DNA of 63,525 bases. Source: Spizellomyces punctatus DAOM BR117. Its lineage: Eukaryota. The DNA lies in the NCBI GenBank assembly GCA_000182565.2, contig KQ257458.1. One strand, 5' to 3'. Under the pieces are notes generated by a model, which worked only from the letters and a program-made list of their open reading frames with translations, did no database searches and was not told where the DNA came from. Both the position numbers and the translations under genes were made by a program. Positions 1 through 15,670 of the stretch are shown here, piece by piece (within the stretch, counting starts at the first letter, position 1; every line of letters begins with the position of its first letter).

Positions 1-2384
<2,384 letters not shown>

Positions 2385-2758
2385 ATATACGGGCCTTTCC
2401 TTGTACACATGTGTTTTCTGTGAGTATGGATTTGAAGACTGATAGTTTGCCGACTGACATGACTCTGCTTTATATATACTATCGCATAACCGCCTGTATC
2501 CGGCAAACCAACAGCGATAGATACAAATTATAGGTTCATCCACCACTACACTAAACACAAATCTACACTAAACTTTATTACAGAAATATAACATATCGAG
2601 TTTCGCGTCCAGCGCCGACTCAATACCTCTAGTTGCCAAGCGTGCTGTCATTTGGATAGGTGACTTGATCGGACGATTGACGTGATCAACCGACACAGAG
2701 GAGCTATCCATAGGTCATATTCACAAGCCATAGAAAGAAGAATGAAATTGGTGCGAGC

Positions 2759-3466
2759 TCATAGATTACTCAAGCAAACAACCGGAAAGATGCCCTTCGC
2801 GCCGGATGTTACGTTGACACCCCAGCCCCAACCTGATGCAAAAATGAAGGGGTAAGGTGTCAACGACAGGTTCGTCAAATAGTATCATCAGTGCCATGGA
2901 AGATATTCGCTCTTACCATCCTCAAAGACTTTGAAAACATTCACCAAATCCCCAATTTTTAACTCCATTTCATCGTCCTCAAATGCTTCGTAAGGTTCCG
3001 ATACAATTGCTTTGTGACATGCCGGGAGTGGGAGGTTGGCATTCAAGTCGTCCGCGAGAGATCCGATATTGTAAGAGTGAGAGCGAACCGAAAAGCGAGA
3101 TGAGACTGAGACAGCTCGTTTGTGCTTTGATTTCGTGTGAATAGGATAATAGTCGTCCTGGGCTAGCGTGTCAATTGTAAGGGCGACTGAAGGGGGGCGT
3201 AGAGAGCATGGATGGAGGGTGTCTTCTGGTGGTGGTACTGGAGCGGTAAGTTCCAGCTGAGAGGAATTTGTGGATGGGAGGTTGAACTTTTCACGAGTAA
3301 AGTGCGAAGAACGTTTACTACTGCGTCGCTGTTCCGTTTCTGCAACTGTGCTTTGACTTGTGAACCGAGTTCGAACAAAGGTGTGCGCGGAGAAGCCTAG
3401 TGCTATCACCGCGCAAATGGAACCGACAACTGTGCCCGCTACTAGGGCTAGTTGGTCAAGCGTCAT
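2759..3466 (-). CDS. Single-pass membrane protein with C-terminal SH3 domain (2 exons)
   Basis: N-terminal hydrophobic helix (LALVAGTVVGSICAVIALGF). SH3 motif EPYEAFEDDEMELKIGDLVNVFKVFEDG is joined across a GT-AG intron (~2833-2916) to WGWGVNVTSGAKGIFPVVCL*. Confidence 0.8.
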
Positions 3467-3705
3467 CAATGCTGGTTGGCAATTCTCACCGAACTGTTCG
3501 ACATGCGTTTCAACGGCACACGCCTCAGCATTGCAACTCCCCCTGGGCGTGCCATGGAAACACTCTATTTCACGTGACCAAGTCGTGTGAGGAAGGGCAG
3601 GACAACGCAAGAACCCTGTCCACACAGAAGGCCGTTTGGGGATAAGCTCAAGGAGAAAGGGAGAAGCATCCATCGCTTCCGTCCTTTCACATCGTTCCAT
3701 CCATC

Positions 3706-5054
3706 ATGGAAGTGCTTAGCACCAACTTGTTTGGTAAAGATCTATGCTGTGTTTTTTGGAGAGGATGGATGAATGGAGGAAGGAGGTGGTGACTGTGATC
3801 ATGGTGGACAGTGGATACTGAATTGGGATTTGTACATGCATATTGTAGCCCTGCTCGGCGACGACGAGGGTGGTGACGCCCCCGTGGCGAAAGCTCCCGC
3901 TCCGGCACAAAAGGACGCCAAGAAGGCTACTCCAAAGAAGGAAGCCGCGGTCGCCCGCTCGGAGAAGAAACCCAACGACCGGCCCATCCGCAACGAATAC
4001 CCTCGTCGCGGCGGCTACCAACAGCGTGGTGGTGCAGTTGAAGGCGGTGGTGAGTGTCTTTTGTGCATTGGGTGCTAGGATCTTGACGAGTGAACAAAGT
4101 TGATTCCGATACAATAAGGCCCATGAATGAATGGAGATGTTTGAGTTCGGGTGCAACGTGCAACGGTGCTGATTCAATTTTGGTACTAAAATGGGATTTC
4201 CTTTGCGCGCTCTACAGCTCGTCCCCCACGTAACCGTGATCGCGATTCTGGTGATGCTGAGCCTCGCGAAGGAGGACGCGACAACCGTGAGCGAGGCGGA
4301 TTCCGCGGCAGTCGTGGCGGTCGCGGCCGCGGTGGCTTCCGTGGTCGTGAATTCGACCGTCACAGTGGCACTGGCCGCGTTGATGGCGTAAAGAAGGAGG
4401 TTGCTGGCAGGGGCTCCTGGGGTAATCCTTTGACTGCTGAGGAGGAGGCGAAGAAAGAAGTTCAGGAGGAGACTGCGGAAGCGTAAGTATTTTGGTAGGA
4501 ATGAGCAGGGTGGATTGAAACTCTTATACGCTCTTTAGTACTCCCGAGAAGACTGACGGTGAAGCTGTTGAGTCCCGTGCTGCCGAGAACGAGGAGAACA
4601 AAGAACCTGAGGAAGTCCTCAAAACCCTCGACCAATACCTTGCGGAGAAAAACAAGCGCGCCGCTGAACTCAATGTCAGGAAGGCTAACGAAGGCGCAGA
4701 CGACGCTCAATGGAAGGATGCCGTCGTCTTGAAGAAAGAGGAGGATGAGCAGTTGTTTGCGGAGCTTGCCAAGGTACCGTGTAGCTGCTCTGCTATCAGG
4801 TTTGAGATATTCATACCAACACCCTTTAGCAGCCCGGAAAGAAGAAGGGCGGAGCCAAGGAGAAGGCACAAAAGGCGTTCGTCAACATCGACCAACGCTT
4901 CGCGGATGAGCAGCGTGGATTCAACAACCGTGGCCGTGGACGTGGGGAGTTCCGCGGTCGTGGCGACAGAAACGGCGATCGTCGACGGGGCAAGAATGCT
5001 GGTGTTGTCAATGTTGAGGACCAGACTGCGTTTCCTTCGCTTGGAAGCAAATAA
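3706..5054 (+). CDS. Stm1/SERBP1 (HABP4_PAI-RBP1) family RGG-rich ribosome/RNA-binding protein
   Basis: Spliced MEVLSTNLFALLGDDE..., RGG repeats, REFDRHSGTGR..KKEVAGRGSWG, KTLDQYLAEK, and C-terminal NVEDQTAFPSLG, all typical of the family. Confidence 0.85.
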
Positions 5055-5433
5055 GCAGCTCTCAAATGCTGTATATTCATTCATTTGTGGCGGGTCCATG
5101 GGGCGTTGGGTAGACTCCAATCTCGAAAATACGATGTGCCAACCTTTTGAGGCAGGGCTCCTAGTACACTAGTACCATTGAGAATCTCTTGATATCCCTG
5201 TGACAGCCTCAGAGGGGGCCTGTTGCTTCAGCCTTCTCTCTGGACTTTTTTAATGGAATTTGTACAGTGAACTATTATTCTGCTGAGTCCTGCCGTTCCC
5301 TCGAATGCATCTGCTGTAGGAAACCACTAACATGAACTGGCCATGATTGTACTCCAGCGAGGATTGTTCATGACATGAACAAATTCAAATTTTTAGCATG
5401 GAAATGCGAGTGAATTATAGCTATGGAACAGAT

Positions 5434-8400
5434 CTAGGGCACTTGTTGATCGAGTCCGTTGAACGTCTCGTCGTCCGCGACAGGGGCATCCACGAATGAA
5501 ACTGTCGAAGCTGTCCGTTCTGGAGTTTCAACTTCGGCCACAGGGAACAGTTCTGTAGCATGCCTTACAAAGAACTCTACAAGTGCATTTTTCGCGCTCG
5601 ATTCAGCCATGTCGAGTTGCATCTCTTCATGCGCTGGTCGAACGAGAGATGGCCCAAATACTACGCCCAAATTTGTAGGTGTCATGAGATTCTCGCTGCT
5701 GTGTTGCTGTACTCTGTTTGAAATATGCGTGAGTGCAATGTGAGTGACATGTTGCCATTACTATGCAACGTTCAGTACCTGTGAAGATGCATAATTAGGT
5801 AGGATAGGGTTGTGAAATGTGCGGGGGGTAGTCTTCGGAGGAGCTCGATTATCTTCGGCAAGCGAGCTTCGTCGTCCTCTGTGCTTTCTTTTTAAATATT
5901 AGTCAACTATAGCGACATTAAAGTGTTCGCGGTCGCTACCACGAGACTTACTCATAACACCTGTGAGGTCTGCGTAAAGGGAAGAAACAAGTAAAGGTTC
6001 CGGCAACTCTCTAAAAAACTGCTTGAGGACGGAGGTAACAGCCATTATATCAATATCGCTCTCGTCGCTTGTAAGGTCAGGCACTTCGCCTCTATTTATG
6101 CTTGCAATGATCTTATTGATTTGCGTGAGGGGCCCGGATTTGCGATATATTCCCTCAAAAGTCATTCCTGCATATCAAGAGAGAGGTAAATAAGGCCTTC
6201 AAAAGGAATGGTGTCCCCTCTTGATTTGGTACAGTACCTCGCATCTCCACTGCCGCTATGCAGGCTGTCACGACATTGGGAACTCTGCCGCCTTCTATCT
6301 CCAGCAATTTCACGAGATCAGTGCCGAAAACAACAACTCCGCTTTCGCCTGCATGAACCACTCATCAGCGTTAATAATTTACCGCTAGCGAAAACTTTGG
6401 CATACCTGTTAATCTTTGATCGCTCTCCGTAGCGACATTGCTGGAAAAGCACTGACCTATGACCTGCGGGGAGCATTTTTGGTGACAATGGTAACCGCAA
6501 GCTGAGTAGGAACGGACGATAAGTTTCCTGTTGTGTTTAAAGAAAACTTGTTCGGAGGCAGTTTCGTTACGGAACCCACCCTCACAACGCAGTTCTTTGC
6601 CCCACAAGGTATCATGGCAAAAGTCGCACTTCCGAGGCGAGCGGTAGGAATGTAGTTGGAAAGAATGGGCACTTTTGTCACCTTTTGCTGGTGAAAAACC
6701 GATCTGTGAAAGATCGCCATCTATTTGCCTTGTTAGGGGGCAATGAATGACAGAATAAGACAAGATGTGTCTCACCGCTCTTCGACATGGCCTTCTTTGA
6801 ACCCAACTTGAACATGCCGTGGCCGTAAGAAAGCAGTCCCGTGGTTGATCCACCAACAGCATCGGCATTCTCGCCCGTATGAGTCTTGCTCTGTGGAATA
6901 GCTTTCTTTAGCTTTGTCTTTGTTGCCTTCAGATTTGTCTTCCATTCCTTCTTCCATTTATCTTTTTTTGGCACGGGCGGCGGCGCAGAGAGATCTACTG
7001 CCTCCTCCTTGCGTGGGGGCTGGTAGATTGTGTCGCCCCGTGAATCCTGCCGGGGACCTAATGGACGTGTGGTCGTTCTCGGCGGAGGTGCGGGTGGCAA
7101 TTTAGCTCCTAATTCATCTGTCGAAACTGTTCTTTCCAGTTCCTCCATTTGTGGGTACATCCCTGGTTCAGGCAACAATATAGAGTCCACCGCTTGCACA
7201 TGATCTGCGGAGGCAACTAACTGCTTCGTTATCTGGTCGTGGCGGACTTCCAGCTGCTTGTTCTCTTCTATTAGCCGAGATATATTGTTGAAGTGATCTT
7301 CACGTGTTGACCGAAGTGTCTCCACTTCCTGTCGCAATACGTCGCGCTCTTGCTGCAGGTTTGACACTTCTTCAAAAAACCGGGCTTTGATTTGCTCAAG
7401 CTCTTTTTTGAGGTCTGCGTGAGGGTCCGCAGTTTCAGCCGTGCCTCTGCAGGTAACCGAATCAGTAAGATTGCTAATCTCAACAAGTAGAATATTCGCT
7501 TACCCATCTGCCAACGAGGAGTGCTTATTCTCCAATAAATGCCCGACTTCAATGGAGAGAGCTTCCTTTTTCCCACTGAGTTGACGAATATCATCCTCCA
7601 AAGTCGATCGCTGAGACAGCAGGAATTTCACTTCTTGATTTAACCTTAGGATGTTTTCCTCGATCCTAGCGCGTCTGGCATCCGCCTGAATCATACTAGA
7701 CAGTTCATTCCGCAATCCTGCAATGTGCGTTTCTGCCTGCTGCCGTCGAAGAGCCTCTTTTTGATACGATTCGTTGATCTTTTTAAACTCTTCTAAGGCT
7801 TTTTTACTGGTATTCTGCATACATAGGAAAGCGACGCTGAGAACGGTCCCACTAGCACCAAGTACTAATGCATGCAGATTCTACCTTGATTCTCTGAAGA
7901 TCGTTCTCACATTTAGACAGCTGTCGACTTCTTTCCTCAAGTTCGTGCTCCAGCTGGATTATGTATTCATTACTACTTATGTTATTGCCGAGCTCTGCCA
8001 CGGACGATCCACCACTGACATCTTCAAACGAAGAAATAGATGAGACATTGATAAAAGCTAGCGGCTTCTTTCTTGTCAAAAGTAGCTACTCACCGCCGCG
8101 AGACACATCTGGAACGGTAGCGTCCACATTGCTCTCCTTTCGAATAGCACTCTCTTGAGTCGATAACCGATTCGGTGACGTACGGCCGCTGCCTCGAGCT
8201 TGTTCAGAGTGACATCCCATGCACAATAGTGTCTAAAACAAACCGAGGAACAGCACTGGTGTAATTAAAGCTTCACGCGAAAATGTATGATAAAAAGGAT
8301 ACTGCAAAATTGACCCGTCACGTACATCATCCACCTGCGTGAAGGATAAGTCTTCTATTGCTTTCCCGCAGGCCTGACAACGAAAGCAGGCCATGTGAAA

Positions 8401-8758
8401 TGTATCGTCGCCCGTTGTAATGGCCTCTTCTAGGATGGGCTGGCCGCAAAGTTTACATTTAAAGGAACAGTTGACACACAGAGCCTGCGAGTTTCGACGA
8501 GGACTACGAGTTAGTAGATGTGCTAAGCTCCGGGAGCCTTCAGCCACCAGCGTTAACGGCCAGTTACGATACCTTGCCGTTTTCACCTAACAGCACCACA
8601 CTGTTCTCGTAGTCGATGGGAACACGACAGCAGGAGCAGGTAAAGCAGTCGGCGTGATACAGACTCCCAGAGAAGTTGATTAAATTTCCATCTGTCTCAC
8701 TGTCGATGGGTTTGTCACAACCACTACAAGTTCCAGGTGTAGGATGTTCTGGATCCAT
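5434..8758 (-). CDS. LIM-LIM / coiled-coil / C1 / RhoGAP protein (Rga1/Rga2-like)
   Basis: CSGC...HADCFTCSCC and CKLC...HMACFRCQAC LIM domains; C1 motif HSFQLHSYRSPRKCDFC; RhoGAP motifs EGIYRKSG, VLKQFFRELPEPL and MTPTNLGVVFGPSL; multiple GT-AG introns. Confidence 0.9.
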
Positions 8759-9019
8759 GTCAGGCGTTTCGTATTTCCCGGCCTGCGTGCTGCCCGAACT
8801 CGGGGCTTGTCAACCATTCCCCACACAAGGAACAAGCTGCTGCTAGAACGCGTCTTCAGTCCCAAAATATCCCATCATTTTGTTGACCTGATCGGGCGTG
8901 CCTTCAAATGGCGTTGCGCGACAAAACAATATCCACGTTCACTGGATTCTGTAGATCTATCCACACTTTATTACGGTCAGAATAATTTACCAGCACTATG
9001 TACAGCAGTATGTATATGG

Positions 9020-10375
9020 TTATAATATCCGATTGAGTGCATATTTGCTTCCTTCCACTCCTAGAAAGAACGCAGCACTCGCTGGAAACGCCCTGATGAG
9101 TGTCGGTCCCAGACCTCGAAACAACGCAGGAAGGCCGCCTTCGGCCAGAGTTTGCCGGAAACAGGTAGCCAGAGACACTGGCGCACCGCCTGATTGATAG
9201 CGTGATTTCACAGTGTCAAACGGTATGGCTACCGTCCAATTTGCCATGCCAGCAAGTCCTTCGCAAAACATCAGGCAAAATACCTGACGGTTCAAACAAC
9301 ATACGACTTACCTCCAGCCAACAGAATAGTCCCTGCATTCAACTCAACACCAATATCCGAACTCAACCCACGCTTAACCGCTTCATAGGTCGCAAAATAA
9401 AAGAAGCTACCTGGGACATCACGTAACAATGTAAGACCAGTGCCCCGAAACAGAGACCGTACACCGCCCTCTCGAACTATCTGCCTTATGATTTCCGTAG
9501 CGGTTCCTTTGCCCGTTTTGACCTGTAATCGTATCTTGATCTGTTCCGCTGGACCAAGGATGGCGGCAGTCGGAATAGCGGAAAATGCGCCTATTGGACC
9601 ATGTCGCGTCAAACACTTTCCATAGAGTCTCATATAAGCCATTCTGTACCGGCAAGAGCAATTTGCGACAAGGACAGCGTGTCCACGAGTTCAACGTTGC
9701 CGGATGTCGGCGAACGCCGGCGACCTGGACCTCCTGTCACATCGCGCACGAGTACTTGGCCTATGTAATAAGCTAGTGGGCGCAAAGTCAGGTCACCTTG
9801 ATACAATGACGTGAAGAATTCGCCAACAGATTCTTACACCAAAGACAGGTCGCCAGGACAGGCTAAGAGCAACGTGTGGACAGGCAAAATAAGCACACTG
9901 CAAGCTACCTTATGCCATATAAAATCGGGGATACATTAAAAGCGTCCAGTACTCACCGGCGTCCCGATCAACACTGGCGCAACTCCTTTGTACAACCCAC
10001 GAGGTCCATTGTTAACGAATATATTCCTCATTGCCCGAAAGGTATTGGTCTCATGTTTTGTGGAGGTTTGCATAAGAACTTTGACAAGGTCAAACGGGTG
10101 TGACACGCCAACCTGTGAGATCAAATGAATGAGCCTATTAGAGTCAATTTAGGGAGACTGAGCTCCGTAAATTCTTATCGGAGAAGAGCGATGATTCTAA
10201 GTGCCGTATGCTTCCTCTACTCCAACTGCTGTGAAGCTCACATGCCCATTACTCTCCATGGAACTTTGGGGCTCCTACCCTGAATGTCACTTACCATCAC
10301 AACACCACCACCACCTCCAGATAAAAAAGATTTCAACGCAGCATGTCGCTGTCTATTGTCTTTAGAATCGTCCAT
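9020..10375 (-). CDS. Mitochondrial carrier (SLC25), carnitine/acylcarnitine-carrier-like
   Basis: Three carrier signatures (HPFDLVKV, GPAEQIKIRLQ, IPFDTVKSRYQ) plus GLYKG, SLFRG..LTLLRDVPGS..YF and ALFRGLGPTLIRAFPASAAFF. Confidence 0.88.
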
Positions 10376-10607
10376 TTGCATCTGTAAACCGTTCAACACC
10401 AATGACAGTTCATCTCGCCCAAAATCGTTTAATGACGTTTAATGACGCCACCCACTTGAGCGCGACGCGATCGCTTTGGTTATTGCAAGAACTCGTCTTG
10501 TCGTTTGACGCTGACTCCATCTTTTCAGGCATACCTACCCGCCACGATATCGTAAAATCCGGTCGTAGATGCCGCCTTTACCAGAGACTGAAGAAAATTC
10601 AACAGGG

Positions 10608-12837
10608 ATGGCCGAAGGAGAAGATGTAGATCTGAAGGGCCAGCCACAACAGCTGAATTCAGTTCTAGTTGAGAGCACAGACGTTCCATTGTCCACTGTA
10701 GCGTCGGCAGCCGAGGCTGCTGAGAACTTTCATGAAAAGTAGGTCACTTTGCGTAATACCTACTGACACCTCGAAGGGAATCCAAAAACAAATGCTGATC
10801 CAGATCTGTTTAGACATGTTCCACCACCCCCAACCCTCTTGCGGGACCACAACCGGGCGCACTCGAATGCAATAAGACGTTCACGAAGCATATCCCAGAT
10901 GTCCCTCACGTCCGAAACAAGCAAAGTCTCGTACCTCACTCTCCCCGGAAGCGTTATTGGAGAAGACGGCTATGCAACTGGAGTCGTCTATGAATATTAC
11001 AAGGGAGACTTTGGAGCACTTCCTGACTTCAACACCTTGGAACACTTCAGCGCCGGGATATCAAAGTCCATCTCCATCGATGCCAAAACAGAAGCAACCT
11101 TTTTTGACCCGGGATTGCAAAAAGGGCGATCAACCGAAGGTATGTTGCTTTGCGTCGCAGATTCACTTTGATTCGTTCCGTTGATGACTTGGCATACTTC
11201 CACCTTGTGGGTTACAGTGGGAAATTTTGCAGTACGATTCACTGCGCAGGTGTGCTGGAAGCGACGATATGATGACAACTGGAACACTAGTCTAATTTTG
11301 TTGGTTTAGCTCAAAATACCTCACGCCGGAACATGGACATTTTACTTGTCATCCAATGATGGGTGAGATTGTTTGCGCAAGATTGTCTTCCCAGAAGCGC
11401 TCTGTCTCTGACTGCGTGAGATGACCAGGTCGGCGCTGTATGTATCCGGAAAGAAAGTCATTGACAATGATGGATCTGTAAGTCACATGTGTGTAACCCC
11501 TATGATCCCTTCGTTTCTCACGTATCCCTTTGCAGCATTATTCCGTGGAGAAAGAGGGTAACTCCGTCACTTGTACCAAATGGAGTCGACTATTTTCATC
11601 TTGCTGACATGTTGCATTAGGAACGCTTCGAATACCCGGTCCCGGATACTATCCCATAACTGTGTGTTTCTTCCATCGAAACGGAAAGCTTCTTGAGGGT
11701 ATGCCCCGGAAACTTGTATTTGTCATGGATGTCCCTTCTCAACTATTATTGTGGTATAGGAGTGCGACAGGGAGCCTCGTTGTCTCTTTCGGTAAGACTC
11801 TGCAGCGTCATTTTTTGATGCTAGACAACTTCCTCATTGAGAACGACACTCCATAGTATTACTGTGCTGGAACGGTAATGAGAGTCCCCACAAAACCCGA
11901 GTTGAAGATCATGAACTTATTTGATAACATAGGGGTGGTTGCCATACCCGTCAGATCGGGTTGCAAAAACTGTTATTCCTGAATCCTCCCTGTTTTACAA
12001 TCCTCGGGAAGAGAAGGTTGTCCGAATTCTGGATTCATCGCATGCCATGGTGAGAACGAGGGTTAGGGGTTGTTCGTGCGTGTTCAATCGGATGACTTTC
12101 ATTCTGTTTCAAGGCGTGGGATCTTCCTGATGAGAATGAAGAGTCTAGATTACTGAATTTGGAGGAGGTATGAGATGTCCCACCCGTAATATGGTCTTGT
12201 AAGATTATGACACTGCTGTCCTCAGGATTTGCGAGATATGTCTGACAGACTCGTGAGCGTCCAACGGGCGCTAGAAAACGAACGCCAGAGGTCGCAGGAG
12301 CTAGTGAGCCGGCTATTGGAGATGCCGCTATTCCGTCGTTCTTCGGATCAGTCGTTCAATCTCCTGTTGGAACACCACGCCCATGGATCAGACGAATTAT
12401 TTGAGAACATGCATGTCCAACAGGTTCGTCCATTATCGGCTTACCGTACAGCAGCGGCCTAGGTTAATGCGTTGAATACTCTCTCAGATGGAATTCGTGA
12501 CGAAGCACGTCGCCGATGTGAAGCGGCTGAAGACGGCTTACTTCTTTGCGTTGGGTGTTCAAGCAAAAATGAGGCAGGGGCAAAATAACTTTAGCGTCCA
12601 AGTAGGTCAATCTGGTTTAGAAGTCTGCATATATTTCTCATTGCTCAATAATCGCGATCTCATAAGGAGGCATACGAGCGTTGTGTGAGAGACAACATTC
12701 CAGTAGAGGTACAGAGAATTCGTAAAATTTCGTCCCCGATTTCGATATTGATCTCTTGTGATGGTTTCTAGGATTGGCCGGGGTTTCTCCGAACTGCCAT
12801 GGCACAAGCTAAAGACAATCCCCGGTTAACACAGTAG
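10608..12837 (+). CDS. PA14-domain protein with coiled coil, highly intronated
   Basis: Spliced GVVYEYYKG..LPDF, NFAVRFTAQLKIPHAGTWTFYLSSNDGSALYVSGKKVIDNDG, GYYPITVCFF (PA14 pattern). More than 10 short GT-AG introns; stop TAG at 12835-12837. Confidence 0.75.
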
Positions 12838-13197
12838 TGCATTGGACATCAACGTATTAGCTCGAACTCTATGATTATCGCGCGTGCCACCCGCAAACCT
12901 CTGATATTGACCTAGTACCCTCATTTCGGCGGACGGCGTACTCGTGAAACGACTACCATATTTTGCAACATTACTAGGTGCGAAATCTTTATATATTGCT
13001 GGAAACCTTCCGTGACAGATATATGTGCAAAATTGTAAACTTAATCATGAATATTCATTCATATATTAAATATTTGAACACCCACGCGTGAATTTATATA
13101 ACTTTGTGTCTGTATGCCGTAAGTCGCGTCTCTCTATGAATCGAAATCAACATCATATGGCTCGCCAGGAAGGGATTCTAGGAATGCCTGCGTATTA

Positions 13198-15325
13198 TCA
13201 ACGTCGCGATTTTCTTTGACTTCGCTGACTTCGAGCTGGTGGGAATCGCTCGAAGGGGTACCCTGATCGTATGAGGATCATTATATATATCTTGGTTATA
13301 CGCGGAGCAAACTGAACACGTACGGTGAGATTGGGCACATTGGTATCTTTCATCAATCGCGGAGGTCGTCCGGTAGCTGTAAAGATGGAAACAATATTGG
13401 CTAGAGTGACATTGAGATACTTTGCTCGACCCGTCGGCTTAAAAGTCGAGATCTGCAACTGGCGGTTAATGTTTGACTCGCATCTTCAGCTCAGCACATG
13501 CTGCACCTTTCGAAGTTCCAAAACCGTTCCATTACATATTGCATCACCAAAGTGATCAAATACATTCCGATGAATGGCTCCTTGCATTTCACCTGCCCGC
13601 CGAGAGGAGTAGTATCAGATATTGGTCCCATTGCTGTATACCTTCCCATTTTATCCACCTGTTGGGTCTTTAAATATTGCTGCACCATCTACGTCCGTCT
13701 TTCGCAGTTCCTTGATTAGGGCGATCAGATCCGGTATCTTGTGTTCATATGACGTGCGCAGAAACGCTGAGATTCCGTTGAGGGATGCTAGGGGAGGTCT
13801 TTGCCTTTAGAATTGATACACCGACGGAAATCATCGGGAGTATTACCATTGTATTCTTTGATCGTATTCAACATATTTGACCAAGCCAAAGTAGTAAAGT
13901 CTTCATCTTGTTGGGAGAGTGTTGTACGCGTTACAGTGGGCAATCTTTTGCCGTTGCTCGCTTCTTCCGCGTCTGACATGGGCCTACTTCTTTTGACGCC
14001 TTTGAGCAATATAGATGCTGATTTCGAGCCGAATAACATCGCTTTCTCTGCATGTGTCTGATTGAGTCTCGACAGATGAGTTACACGGGCCAACACTTCT
14101 CACTGGTGCTGTCCGAAACATACCAGTGTCGGTAGCTTTCCAGCGGGGCCTGGCAGACGTGGTTTGGCAGAAATATCGGCATTGGGAACACGCTCCTGTG
14201 TGGATTGTGCTCCTACCATATGTACATTTACTTCAGCACCAAATTGCTCGGGAAGAGGTGGGGGTGTATGAGAGGGCAATCTTTCAGCTCTTGCATGAAG
14301 ATACTCAGACGGTTGCGTAGGTATGAGAGGATCGCGGTGCGGGGTTGTTCTTGGAGGACTGACAGAAGATGTACTGATCGCACTCTTCCTGTTGACCCTA
14401 AGGTCAAAGATGGGCTTGGTAAGAGGCTTTGGAGAAGGGATCGCCGGCTCATGTGATTGTTTGGGATGTCCAAAGCTTGCGGTCAGCTGGGTTGATTCTT
14501 GATCTTGGAAGGCCTTGTTCAGACTATTTGAGGATTCACCTGCAGCTTGTTCCGCTAACGAAGGTGACGATGATTTTAACTGTCTACCATGCGTGAACCT
14601 GCTTGTTCTGTCTGGTGACAACGCGCCAGCATTGGGAGGTACGTCGCTTTCGATGGGTAGGTGATTTGAATGCGTAGGCACCGCAAGAAATGCAGTGGGG
14701 TCTCTGCGTCCCAGCGGTCTTCGTGGCTGCAAGGGTCTCGAAGCTGGCGTGCTTTGAATGTGCGAGGGGGATTGCTGTTGATTTGCAGGCGGCGATGAAG
14801 ATGCTGGCGTCAAGTGGTGCGAGGATAATGAAGTTTGAGTTGGCACGAGAGGTCTGTGAGACAACGAAGGGGCACTTAGAGAAGGACCAGTATTCGGATC
14901 ATCAAGGAGGGTCAGAAGGTCGTCATTGAGTGCAAACTCAAGGCAGTTTTCATCAAACTCGTCCACTGAGTCCTGCACAGTCAGAGCGGGCTGCGTAGTA
15001 GGTAACTCTTTTGCACCGCCCGGACATGTGTCCTTGCTGCCCTTTGCCTCCTTCTGACCAGAGAAATAGCCGTTCAGTAACTAGAATCAGTATTCCTCAA
15101 GACAAGTGGCTTCTAACCTTTGGTGAAGGTACTTTGAATGCGGCAGCAAGTCTTTGTGCGTCACCGTCGTATGCAGTGGATTTGCTTTCCTGACGTTGAG
15201 GCAGTAGTGAAGGACGTTGTGACTTGGCGCCAGCTCTCGCTTTCGATATTCCCTATATAAAAGTTACTCGTTTATCACACAAAACATCTCAATGCAATCC
15301 AGGCAGGAGAACCAACCTTGAACAT
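13198..15325 (-). CDS. HROB/MCM8IP-like OB-fold protein (DUF4539) with long disordered N-terminus
   Basis: C-terminal DGAAIFKDPTG...GTIHRNV....GDAICNGTVLELRKV...YLNVTLANIVSIF matches the DUF4539 OB-fold pattern. Upstream PRLPGPAGKLP motif. The start (MFK micro-exon) is inferred from splice sites. Confidence 0.7.
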
Positions 15326-15670
15326 GCGGCTGCTAATAACAGGTGTCGCTGCTCGCCAACGCAAATGTTCGCAACTGTGGGCTAGTGGACTTGGACAGTA
15401 GGAGGCTGTGCAATCTATTAAACCATTTGTGTCTGAAATTGGCTCTGCTGACTCATCACCGAAATGCAAATGATACTTAATCGCCGTGCAAGTTGCATGA
15501 ACTCAAAAAAAAAGTATGGTTCACCCATATTTGCAGGATAGACTCTCAAGAGTCTAATCAAGAGTCATCAGAATACACAAAATTATACGCTTGCTTTCAC
15601 GCATGGCCAACCCATGTAGTGAACCACCTCAGTGAATCCTTCTCTGTCAGCTTGTCATCGACCCAACACA

